Virus record (IMG/VR): IMGVR_UViG_3300033076_000239 | Span: 1 to 42,683 of that record | Reading direction: 5' to 3' (one strand) | DNA: 42,683 nucleotides | DNA from: a virus | Taxonomy: Duplodnaviria > Caudoviricetes | Shown: in pieces, positions 7,479 through 16,372 of the stretch | Layout of the letters: every line of letters starts with the position of its first letter | Position numbering within the stretch: the first letter of the stretch is position 1 | The notes under the pieces: generated by a model | What the model was told of the DNA's origin: nothing | Seen by the model: the letters and a program-made list of their open reading frames with translations, nothing else | The model's database searches: none | Position numbers and translations under genes: made by a program

Positions 7479-9764
7479 TTATTGTTTTCTCAACCAACCT
7501 GCGGTGATAGTTGTAAGCCAACCATCATTATTAATCCCATGTTGTATTGCAGTAATTTGAAAATATCCATTTTGATTATATACTTCCGGAACACCATCTA
7601 TATGAAAATAATCTCCGGTACTTAATCCTGATATTCCATCCATTGCAATTGTAACATCTACACCTGAAACTAAAACTGTATCGGGTTCCGGTTCTTTTAC
7701 TAAATAATATTTTAATAATGCCTCATCGGTATATATTAAATTATGTGTTTTTTTATCACCACCATCAAATTTAAATCTAATGTAACTTTTATTTTTAGTT
7801 TCTTTAGCCTGTTTTACTTTTTCAGTTATTATACCTTTTTCTTCTTTTTCTTCTTTTGCTTTTTTTGCGTCTGCTTCTTTTTTAGTTAATGGTTTAGCTT
7901 CTTTTTTTGCTATCTCATCATCTTTTCTTTTTTTGTCTACTAATTGTTTTTGTAATTTAACTTCTATTGGATTTATAGAATAAAATCCATCTGCATTTTT
8001 AAAATAATCCATAGTTGCAGTTGCAGCTAATGATTCAGGATATTTTAAATTTTGAGATTGTTTGCTATTAAATTTAGAATCTGCTTCCGTAATATCCAGT
8101 TGAGTAGCATATAACGTTTGCCCTGCCATCAAATCATCCATTTGAAAATCAAATGAAAAAGTATGTATTATTGAATTTGTTGGTCCAATTTTAAATCGGT
8201 ATGGTTTATTATTTGGAATTTTTCTTAATAACTTTCTATCAATAATTGTTAATCCTGTATCTGGTCCCGAACTACTATCAGGTGTTGCCAATTCAAGATA
8301 AGAATACCCATACATAGAATCTTGTATCATTTTTAGCATTTCAATCAATAAATCGGAATTTTTAATTGAACTAGTTTTAAAACTAATAAATTTTTCATAA
8401 CTTATAAATGCATTTAATAAATTTGCAGTATATTTTGGTAATGTTATATTAGATTTATCCGTAGGTAAATTAAAATTATTAATATTATTACCGCTTTCAT
8501 CTATATTAAAAGAATATCCATTTATTAAAGATGTCTCTCCTGGTAAAACTTCAAATGTTTGTTTGTTAGGGTCTGCATCTTTCACAGGTTTATGTAACAC
8601 TTGTATTTGACCAGTTTCTTGATTTACAACTATATCAGGTAATGTTCCAGGAAAAATAATATTTTCATTTGATGACATCATATATTTTGTAGATGATACT
8701 GGTATTACATCAATTTTTTTACCAGTTTTATCCTTATAACTACCCCAAATTATATTACTTGAAACATTTAATGAATTTATAATTTTTAAAGCCAGCCTAA
8801 CTGAAATATATGGTTTTTTTGATATTGTGTTGTCTTCCGATTTTTCGTTTATCGCTCCCCAATTAAAAAATTCATTTTTCCATTTAGAAACATCTTTAAG
8901 TGCATCTATTAAATGTGGGTCAATATCTTCTGCAATTTTTGCAACATATGATGTATAATCACCTTTTATTATTTTTGCACTCTTTTTTCCTTCAGGTTTT
9001 GATGATTGACTAAGTAATTGTGATGCCAATTCATTACCTGCTGCTATTTCTAAATTTACATTATATGTACCATCACTATCAACTGCAAAACTATATCCTT
9101 GAACCTTACCCGTCCAAACATTATAATTACCTTTTGTATCTTTTAATTTTTGTAAATATGCTTCTTTTATATCTGGCCATTTTTCATCCAAAGGGGAATA
9201 TATTGACATAAATTCTTGAACAAACGATTGCCAATCTTTTTTTGGAAACATTTTGTTTTTAATATCAATATTTTTAGCAGTCAAATCGGAATTGTTTCCA
9301 TATTCTAATACTAATTGCATACCAGGTCTTAAAAAAAATAACTCAAACATTTCCAATTGTTTTAATGAAAATATTTTTATATTTAATTTTGCCGTTTTTA
9401 AAGCAGCATTTTCACCCATCTCTTCAATTTGTAAATCTATAATTAAAGGTACTGATAATTTTCTATTTGATTCACCTACTACTTCAATTGGATTTCCATT
9501 TAAATCATACCCTATAATAGTATTACCAGTTTGATATAATTTATCCGTATCGGTTGTATTTGATAATACACATCCTCTATAACTTGCATCATAATTTTCA
9601 TTTATAATCCGTTCATTATTTTTTGGACTTTTAGATATAACCGCAGGAGATGTAAGCATAACAAATGGTCTTGTTTTGATTAATCTGGCTTGATTATTAG
9701 CTCTTGAATCTAACTCTTCTTCAATCCATTTTGGTATGGGTTGGATATAAGGAATTGCAGGCAT
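7479..9764 (-). CDS. baseplate hub-like protein (gp27/GpD-type)
   Basis: Position after the LysM/gp53-like gene, RPGMQLVLEYG, and C-terminal DGISG...GDYF...YFQITAIQH.I...GWLTTI typical of hub proteins. Confidence 0.7.
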   Translation of the reverse strand: MPAIPYIQPIPKWIEEELDSRANNQARLIKTRPFVMLTSPAVISKSPKNNERIINENYDASYRGCVLSNTTDTDKLYQTGNTIIGYDLNGNPIEVVGESNRKLSVPLIIDLQIEEMGENAALKTAKLNIKIFSLKQLEMFELFFLRPGMQLVLEYGNNSDLTAKNIDIKNKMFPKKDWQSFVQEFMSIYSPLDEKWPDIKEAYLQKLKDTKGNYNVWTGKVQGYSFAVDSDGTYNVNLEIAAGNELASQLLSQSSKPEGKKSAKIIKGDYTSYVAKIAEDIDPHLIDALKDVSKWKNEFFNWGAINEKSEDNTISKKPYISVRLALKIINSLNVSSNIIWGSYKDKTGKKIDVIPVSSTKYMMSSNENIIFPGTLPDIVVNQETGQIQVLHKPVKDADPNKQTFEVLPGETSLINGYSFNIDESGNNINNFNLPTDKSNITLPKYTANLLNAFISYEKFISFKTSSIKNSDLLIEMLKMIQDSMYGYSYLELATPDSSSGPDTGLTIIDRKLLRKIPNNKPYRFKIGPTNSIIHTFSFDFQMDDLMAGQTLYATQLDITEADSKFNSKQSQNLKYPESLAATATMDYFKNADGFYSINPIEVKLQKQLVDKKRKDDEIAKKEAKPLTKKEADAKKAKEEKEEKGIITEKVKQAKETKNKSYIRFKFDGGDKKTHNLIYTDEALLKYYLVKEPEPDTVLVSGVDVTIAMDGISGLSTGDYFHIDGVPEVYNQNGYFQITAIQHGINNDGWLTTITAGWLRKQ

Positions 9765-9767
9765 AAC

Positions 9768-10070
9768 TTATTTATTTAATTTGTCAAAATCTCTTAAAAT
9801 AGTTGATAAATCGGATGGTATTCTTAATTGAATACCTGGTTCTATATGAAGTGAAGCATTATTTAAATTATTTGCAACTGAAATCACCCACCAATAAGTT
9901 TTATCACCATAATATTTACTTGCTAATATATCTAATCTATCCGTTGATTCAGATATTACATACATATCATTATCAGTTGGTTTTATTTTTGGATATATAA
10001 CAGAACTCAAATACTTTCTTTTAGTATTATCTGTTGTTAATTGAGTTGTATATTGGTATCTACTTGCCAT
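9768..10070 (-). CDS. LysM-like baseplate wedge protein (gp53/GpX-type)
   Basis: DRLDILASKYYGDKTYWWVISVANNL...PGIQLRIP. Confidence 0.85.
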   Translation of the reverse strand: MASRYQYTTQLTTDNTKRKYLSSVIYPKIKPTDNDMYVISESTDRLDILASKYYGDKTYWWVISVANNLNNASLHIEPGIQLRIPSDLSTILRDFDKLNK

Positions 10071-10071
10071 T

Positions 10072-11502
10072 TTATATATCTTTTTCTTCTATTACAAATG
10101 GAGTTTTTTTCATTCCAATTTTCTTTGTATATAAATCTTCATTATAAGTATTACCATCGAAATCGTATTTATATTTAGTAACAGTTCCTGTATTGGATTT
10201 TTCTGTTGTATGATTTTCAATTAATTTCATACCAATTGAAACATCTATTACAGATGGGTATAATGTATTATCTTTTTTAAGTCCAAATGCTCCGAATATA
10301 CCAGTTCCTTCACTACCACCATTTGCATCGGCATTTGGCCAAGTTACATTATCATCTATACTAAATGATAAACTTTCTATATATCCAAATGCTTTTTTAT
10401 ATAAATCGCCAATTGTAAGATATACCAAATTTGGTGAAAATGCATATTGTGAATTTGCACTACCACCATATTGCATTTCTGAAATCGTATCATCTGGAAA
10501 AGTTAATGATTTTAAATAGTTAATCTTTGAAATCATTGCTTGTTTTTCTTCGGTTGTTGTGTAGTATAATTTTAAATTAAATTTTAAATTTCTTTCAACC
10601 CCCTGGTATCTGTATGTTTTAAATGGATTACCAACATATCTAAAATTAGACCATTCTGGTTGTATATCCTCACTTATACCACTTATTGCACCTGCAAATG
10701 GAATTACAGTACTTTTTCCATATTTTTGAAATAAAACCCAAATTTGATTTGTATCTCTATATTTAGTGATTGTTTCTTTAATTTGAGTTTCTTCAATAGA
10801 TGTAGTTTTATTTACATATTGTTGTCCCTGGTCCCATTTAAATGTTGCAGGTCTTGGTGTTAAAGACTTAACATGAGTATCAGTACCTAAAACTTTTCCA
10901 ATTTCATTTACGGAATTATAGTAAATAAGAGGAAACCCACCGTATTGATATACTTCTTTATTTTTTGAAAACTTTTTATCAGACAATAATGGGTCTGAAC
11001 CTGGTTTTAAACTTTGATATTTACTACCGTAATCTTCATCTGTTAAATCAGCTATTGCCTTTTTAAATAAACCTTTTAATTTTTTTGGACTACCATATTT
11101 GTTTAAAGCACCTATTGCCAAATTAGTAGCAACACCTTTCGCAGATGCACCCCCCTGAGATAGTTGATTTAATACAGATGGTGGAGATGGATTAGGTTTA
11201 ACATAATATTTTTCACCTGCATCTACTGCATCTTTTAAACCTGCTTCTGTGAATGCAGTTAATGTTATGGGTTTTCTAAAAAATGCAGTTCCTTTAAAAA
11301 TAGTATCAGATGGTCTATTTGCAGTTCCACCAATAGTACCTGCTAATTGACCACCGATTAAATCTCCGAATGAATTTGGTGAAGAAGCCAATAAAGCTGC
11401 ACCTCTTGGTGGATTGATAAGTCCTCTACTTTCTATACGGATTAATTCATCGTTGTATAGTTCTTTTTTTGTAGAATTAAAAAGGTCTAATATTGTTGGC
11501 AT
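10072..11502 (-). CDS. baseplate / tail-tube initiator-like protein
   Basis: Lies between tape measure and LysM genes. C-terminal tube-like domain PEWSNFRYVG...YQGVERNLKFNLK...LTIGDLY...IESLSFS...W. Confidence 0.65.
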   Translation of the reverse strand: MPTILDLFNSTKKELYNDELIRIESRGLINPPRGAALLASSPNSFGDLIGGQLAGTIGGTANRPSDTIFKGTAFFRKPITLTAFTEAGLKDAVDAGEKYYVKPNPSPPSVLNQLSQGGASAKGVATNLAIGALNKYGSPKKLKGLFKKAIADLTDEDYGSKYQSLKPGSDPLLSDKKFSKNKEVYQYGGFPLIYYNSVNEIGKVLGTDTHVKSLTPRPATFKWDQGQQYVNKTTSIEETQIKETITKYRDTNQIWVLFQKYGKSTVIPFAGAISGISEDIQPEWSNFRYVGNPFKTYRYQGVERNLKFNLKLYYTTTEEKQAMISKINYLKSLTFPDDTISEMQYGGSANSQYAFSPNLVYLTIGDLYKKAFGYIESLSFSIDDNVTWPNADANGGSEGTGIFGAFGLKKDNTLYPSVIDVSIGMKLIENHTTEKSNTGTVTKYKYDFDGNTYNEDLYTKKIGMKKTPFVIEEKDI

Positions 11503-11522
11503 TTATAGTGTATTGATTTTAC

Positions 11523-11531
11523 TATAAATAT
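11523..11531 (-). promoter_or_regulatory. putative late promoter motif ATATTTATA
   Basis: Intergenic, about 20 nt upstream of the ATG at 11502. Confidence 0.6.
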
Positions 11532-11544
11532 GAATTATTCAAAT

Positions 11545-14421
11545 TTATTTTCCTTTATACGCACCAACGGTTTCCGTTCTTGCTATTGCCATTTGTTTTT
11601 TGGCGTTCATCATTAATTGATTACTCAATCTCATTGAATTAATTTCATTAGCTTTATACTGCTTATTTTGGTCTTCTAATAAGATGTATTGTAATAATGT
11701 AGCACTTACACCAAGTAATTCAACCATTTTAGTTTGTAATCTTGTCTGATATTGTACATCCGATAATGTTAATGTTTGTGCGTTTGGAGTTGAACCTGTA
11801 CCAGGTACTACAGTTGATGCGTTTGCAGGTGTTGCTCCTGCTTTTTTAGGTGGAGCTTTCGGTTTTACTTTTGCTTTTTCAGGAAAAAGTGTTCCCCAAT
11901 TCTGATATAAACCATATCCAGCACCCAATACACCACCAACTGCACCACCAACAACATTACCAACTCCTGGAATAAATGAACCTAACATTGCACCATAACC
12001 CGCACCCGATAATGCAGCACTTGCAATATCAGCAGCTGCTGCCGTTTTTTTGTTTCCTTTTGCAGCTTGACTTTCTGCAATTGAATCTAATGCGTATCCA
12101 CCAATAAGACTTGCTACTCCACCTTTTAATGCTCCTTTAAGTAATGTTTTCCCACCTTTAAGCAAACTAGATGGTTTTACCAAATTTTTCATTTTTGGTA
12201 ATAAATCTGATGCAGAATTGAAAATTTTCATTATTTTTCCTTTCGGACCACGCGGAGCACGAGGACGAGATGTTCTGGTTTTAGTTTTGGTTTTAGATTT
12301 GGATTTGGAATCAGGACCATCTAATAAATCAGTTGGGTCACTACCACCATCCTGATTTACTACAAATACTTTTTGAACTCCATTAACTAATTTTCCAATA
12401 CCTTGACCTACTATATTACCAGCAAGAGCACCCGCAAGTCCTACACCCATTGTTTTAAAATTATCAGGTGAGAACATATTTTCAATATTATTTTTAGCAG
12501 TTGTAATTAACTGTTGTAAATAATCTTTACTTTGTTTAAATCGTAATTCTTCCGCTTGTTGAATTTTCATAGCAGCTTTTTCCTGGTCTATTAATCCGTT
12601 TTGATATTTTTTATATCCATCGGATGCCAAATAAGCCTTTGTTATTTGACCAGATAATTTAGCATCTATAATAGCTTGTTGAGCTTGAATATTTGCCTGT
12701 TGCGATGCTAAAGATGCTTGTGCATTTGTATTTGTTTGCAAAAATTGTTTATTTCCTTTTTTTGCATTTTGTTGTGTTAATGCACCACCTTCTCTACCAG
12801 TATTTTGTGAAATTTTTTGTATTGAATTTAAATCCAACCCACCCAACGCTTGTTGTAATGCTTCTTGTTGGAACATATTCATTTTAGCAGGGTCTAAACC
12901 TTGTGCTTGAATAGATTTTAATGCTTCATCATTTTTACCTTGTGCAAATAAAGAACGTGCTTCTGATAGATTTACATTTCTACCCAACATTGCCGATAAT
13001 TGCATTTCGTTTTTGATACTATCTTTATAATTCAATACCATGCTTTTACCCGCTTTTGCTATATCGTTAAATGAAACGCCTAATGATTTTGCATAAACTA
13101 CTTGTTTTGCTAATGCAGGACCTGATTTGATTTGGTATCCCAATGCTTCTTTAGATGCTTCCGCAACTTCTTGCATTACACCGCCCAAATCAACCTTTGC
13201 ACTATCCGCCATTGCTCTTAAACCCTCTTGCATATTCATTGCAGAAGATTCCGAAACTTTGTCGGTTCTCATAAAATACTCATTAATAGAAGAAAGATTT
13301 TCAACGGATTGACCAGTTCTTTTTGACATAACTGCCATATTGGCAGCCATTTCCGATGATGTGTTTCTACCCATTGCATTACTTGCGGCAGATAATGAAC
13401 TTGCAATTTCTTCCGCACTAACTCCTGCTAATTGTAATTGAGCAGTAGAATATCCAACACTACCTAACCCTTTACCAAAGAATGCAGTTTTGGAAGCAGC
13501 ACTAAACTCTGCTGCACCACTTTTCATTGTTGCAGCAAATTCGTTAGCAGCTCTTTGAGAAGCATACGCAGCTTCTGTATTTAAACGATTAACAGTATTG
13601 GCAGTTTCAATACTGTTTTGGTTTATTTCTTGTGTTATTTTTTGACCTACAAACGCGTATTTATTATTGATTTTAGCAATTTCCGCGATATTATCGGTTT
13701 TCATTTGCTTTATCTCATTCTCCACATCCTGAGCTGCTTTCATTTCAGGGAAGAAATAATTTTTGGCAAGAAGTGCAGCTGCAGCTCCTGCCGCAGTTAA
13801 AGCAATAGTTACTGCTTTAAGGTCTCTTTCTGCTATACCTTTAAGAACATCTGAAAATTCTCGCATCATCGGAATACTCGATGAACCAATCTGGTCTAAT
13901 GCAGTATTTAACATTGCTGCTTTTTTGGCAGTTTTGTCAAATGCATCAGCCGATAATTGCATTTCTTTACTTAAACCTTTTAACTGTTTTCTTATATTTG
14001 CAGTGTTTTCACCGGTAAGTTTTGCACTTCTTACCATTGAATCATAATCCGCGCGGGATTTATTTAAAACTTTTTTAGCCTGTTCTTCTGATATTACTCT
14101 ATCTTTAACTTGTTGTGCTAAACTAGCTTGTAATTTTTGGTGAGCAACATATTTTTTAGTAGCTTTGTTAAGAGCATCGGTTTGTTCTTTTCCTAAATTT
14201 TTAGTAGCTAATATTTCTGCACGAATATCTTGTTGAAGTTTGAGTTGCTTTTCAAGAACTTTCAATTGAACATTATATTCCCTTGTTCCTTTTTCCAAAT
14301 CCGCAGTTCTAGCAGCAAATGCACTTTCTAAGCCACTTTGCACACCTCTTCCAAGCTTTTGACTCTTAACAGATGTTTTATTGCTAGATGCTTTTTTGGT
14401 AGGTTTTTTTGAATCAGCCAT
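11545..14421 (-). CDS. tail tape measure protein
   Basis: 958 aa, Ala/Gln/Lys-rich and helical, with a Gly-rich hydrophobic C-terminal part (GAMLGSFIPGVGNVVGGAVGG). Canonical position after tube and chaperone genes. Confidence 0.85.
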   Translation of the reverse strand: MADSKKPTKKASSNKTSVKSQKLGRGVQSGLESAFAARTADLEKGTREYNVQLKVLEKQLKLQQDIRAEILATKNLGKEQTDALNKATKKYVAHQKLQASLAQQVKDRVISEEQAKKVLNKSRADYDSMVRSAKLTGENTANIRKQLKGLSKEMQLSADAFDKTAKKAAMLNTALDQIGSSSIPMMREFSDVLKGIAERDLKAVTIALTAAGAAAALLAKNYFFPEMKAAQDVENEIKQMKTDNIAEIAKINNKYAFVGQKITQEINQNSIETANTVNRLNTEAAYASQRAANEFAATMKSGAAEFSAASKTAFFGKGLGSVGYSTAQLQLAGVSAEEIASSLSAASNAMGRNTSSEMAANMAVMSKRTGQSVENLSSINEYFMRTDKVSESSAMNMQEGLRAMADSAKVDLGGVMQEVAEASKEALGYQIKSGPALAKQVVYAKSLGVSFNDIAKAGKSMVLNYKDSIKNEMQLSAMLGRNVNLSEARSLFAQGKNDEALKSIQAQGLDPAKMNMFQQEALQQALGGLDLNSIQKISQNTGREGGALTQQNAKKGNKQFLQTNTNAQASLASQQANIQAQQAIIDAKLSGQITKAYLASDGYKKYQNGLIDQEKAAMKIQQAEELRFKQSKDYLQQLITTAKNNIENMFSPDNFKTMGVGLAGALAGNIVGQGIGKLVNGVQKVFVVNQDGGSDPTDLLDGPDSKSKSKTKTKTRTSRPRAPRGPKGKIMKIFNSASDLLPKMKNLVKPSSLLKGGKTLLKGALKGGVASLIGGYALDSIAESQAAKGNKKTAAAADIASAALSGAGYGAMLGSFIPGVGNVVGGAVGGVLGAGYGLYQNWGTLFPEKAKVKPKAPPKKAGATPANASTVVPGTGSTPNAQTLTLSDVQYQTRLQTKMVELLGVSATLLQYILLEDQNKQYKANEINSMRLSNQLMMNAKKQMAIARTETVGAYKGK

Positions 14422-14429
14422 ATGATATA

Positions 14430-14681
14430 TTAACTATATTTTTTAATTATAGCATCAACATTTGAATAATCACTTTCAATTCCCGCTTTTTTTAATGATT
14501 GTCTAGATTGACTTAACAACTTATCGGTATGTGCATCCCATTCAGACCATATATCAGCCAATTCGGGGTCTTCTTTTCTTAAACGAGCTAACCAATCACT
14601 TTCTTTGTTCTGTGATTTTGCTTTTAAAAATAAAGAAAAGAATTTATCTAATATTCCTTCTGATAATAATCTTTTGGACAT
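14430..14681 (-). CDS. hypothetical protein
   Basis: 83-aa ORF ending 8 nt before the tape measure start, with the late motif upstream. Confidence 0.75.
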   Translation of the reverse strand: MSKRLLSEGILDKFFSLFLKAKSQNKESDWLARLRKEDPELADIWSEWDAHTDKLLSQSRQSLKKAGIESDYSNVDAIIKKYS

Positions 14682-14707
14682 GATTGCTTTTTAATTTATA
14701 TTACCTA

Positions 14708-14716
14708 TATAAATAT
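14708..14716 (-). promoter_or_regulatory. putative late promoter motif ATATTTATA
   Basis: Upstream of the 83-aa gene and tape measure unit. Confidence 0.6.
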
Positions 14717-14937
14717 CATCTTCTTTTAGTTTTAGATGAATTATTTGTAGTTGTTGGTCTAGATTTTTCAATTTGTTCTCTCTCTTCCTCTTTTGCTTTT
14801 AATAATTCTCTCCAATAAAACTCACGAAGTTTGGTTGGCATAAAGTATAAATCATTCCAATTAAACCCACCATTTGCAAAATAAATCATTTGAAAAATGG
14901 TTTGATGTAATAATACGGAATGGTTATTCGGCAGGGT
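14716..14937 (-). CDS. gp51-like / tail assembly chaperone C-terminal ORF, probably reached by frameshift
   Basis: Not in the track. The frame is open from the U7 run: TLPNNHSVLLHQTIFQMIYFANGGFNWNDLYFMPTKLREFYWRELLKAKEEEREQIEKSRPTTTNNSSKTKRR*. First ATG is at 14889. MP..R..Y...L is gp51/gpT-like. Confidence 0.8.
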   Translation of the reverse strand, partial: TLPNNHSVLLHQTIFQMIYFANGGFNWNDLYFMPTKLREFYWRELLKAKEEEREQIEKSRPTTTNNSSKTKRR

Positions 14938-15736
14938 AAAAAAAGTCTACCCCGAATGGGATACGGAGAGCCTCCGTCTCACCTTTTGAATTTTCATATT
15001 CCATGTTTAAATCTAAATCGGGAGTTAATTCTGAAATACATTTTCTCAATGCTTTGGAGTCCATTGCCAATAATCTGTTTGAAACAAAGTTACTGATATA
15101 TCCTAAATCTCTATTACCATCAACTTCGGTAATGATTCTTCTAAATCTTGTAGTAATTTCGTTTCCTTGTTTTAATACTTTTTCACTTGCTTCCACATCT
15201 TTTTGAATTGCAAGTTCATCACCATGAGTAAGTAATTTAAACTTTATAGGTGTTTTTGATTTTGGTAAAGTAAATTCGTATTCGTTTTGTCTATTTAATT
15301 TAGAAAAATCAACATCTTTTGTTTTTAGTTTAGACAAATCTACTTTTACAATTTCATCTTCACCAGATTCAGAATCAGTTACTGTAACTGCATATTCAGG
15401 ACCAAATGCCAACATTCTTGTAATAATCAAAATTGCGTTCTTATCACCAATTAAAAGGTCATTTATATTTACACCAGGTTCTACTACAATCGATTCTAAT
15501 AACTTATCTAAATGAATTCCTTTACGAATTAAATTAGTAGAAGTTAAAATATCTTCTTCTTTTGCCGTCATCAGTTTAAGAGTAATTTCTCCTTTTGCTA
15601 ATGGTGAATTTTCTGGATATGCTAACCCTTGTGATGGTAATGAAATAACTTCCGTTGCAAATGGGAAGTTTTTTTGAGTTGTAGTTTGGGGTGTCCCTAA
15701 ACCTCTCGTAACTTGTTGTTCTATTTGTTCTTCCAT
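14924..15736 (-). CDS. baseplate hub assembly protein / tail assembly chaperone (T4 gp26-like)
   Basis: ISLPSQG..YP...MTAKEEDIL...GDKNAIL...R and C-terminal DFF. Located between tube and tape measure genes. Confidence 0.8.
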   Translation of the reverse strand: MEEQIEQQVTRGLGTPQTTTQKNFPFATEVISLPSQGLAYPENSPLAKGEITLKLMTAKEEDILTSTNLIRKGIHLDKLLESIVVEPGVNINDLLIGDKNAILIITRMLAFGPEYAVTVTDSESGEDEIVKVDLSKLKTKDVDFSKLNRQNEYEFTLPKSKTPIKFKLLTHGDELAIQKDVEASEKVLKQGNEITTRFRRIITEVDGNRDLGYISNFVSNRLLAMDSKALRKCISELTPDLDLNMEYENSKGETEALRIPFGVDFFYPAE

Positions 15737-15775
15737 AATATAACTTAATGTGTTTATTAATATATATCACATTTT

Positions 15776-15808
15776 TAAAAAAATAAAGGGGAACATTTCT
15801 GCTCCCCT
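15776..15808 (-). terminator. intrinsic terminator after the tail tube gene
   Basis: AGGGGAGCA-GAAA-TGTTCCCCT followed by TTATTTTTTT. Confidence 0.85.
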
Positions 15809-15833
15809 ATTATTTCAATTACTTTATTTAATC

Positions 15834-16322
15834 TTAATACTCTAATATTGCGTAATCGTAAGTTAAAGTTAATTCAATTGATACCGGGTCATTTGATGCC
15901 CAATCCAATTCACCAAAGTTTGCTGATGTAATGAATGCTCCTTTAATTGTCCATTGTTCAATTTTATCACCAACTGGTCCTAACAAATAGAAAGTAACGT
16001 CCTTCTTATAGAATGCTGCGTATCCATCTCTACCCGTTAATGATTCATGTGATTGACGAATCCACTCCATAACTTGTTGTGCTCCTGATGGAACGATTGG
16101 GTCATAAAGTGTGATGTTCATATCATCCCAATTAGATTTTCCCTTAATCTTTCTTTTAACGTTGATATGGTCTAATTCAACGATTTCAGATGTAAAAGTT
16201 GGTCTACTTGCAGTTTTGATGATGTATGATTCGATACCATTGATTTCCATAATGAATCTGTTACCAAGTTTTGGTTCAAAATTCTTATAAAATATCTTGT
16301 CAAATTCTAATATTTCTGGCAT
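15834..16322 (-). CDS. gp19: tail tube protein (T4 gp19-like)
   Basis: EPKLGNRF...GKSNWDDMNITLYD...EWIR...EQWTIKGAF...ELDW...LTLTYDY, directly after the sheath gene. Confidence 0.92.
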   Translation of the reverse strand: MPEILEFDKIFYKNFEPKLGNRFIMEINGIESYIIKTASRPTFTSEIVELDHINVKRKIKGKSNWDDMNITLYDPIVPSGAQQVMEWIRQSHESLTGRDGYAAFYKKDVTFYLLGPVGDKIEQWTIKGAFITSANFGELDWASNDPVSIELTLTYDYAILEY

Positions 16323-16372
16323 TTTCTTTTTATTTAAATGTTATTCTCTATAATAAATATGGTTTTTTAAAA

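Noticed and set aside
7474-7521. N-terminal extension of the 7099 ORF given in the track
   Set aside because: It overlaps the hub gene. The ATG at 7473 fits the operon spacing better.
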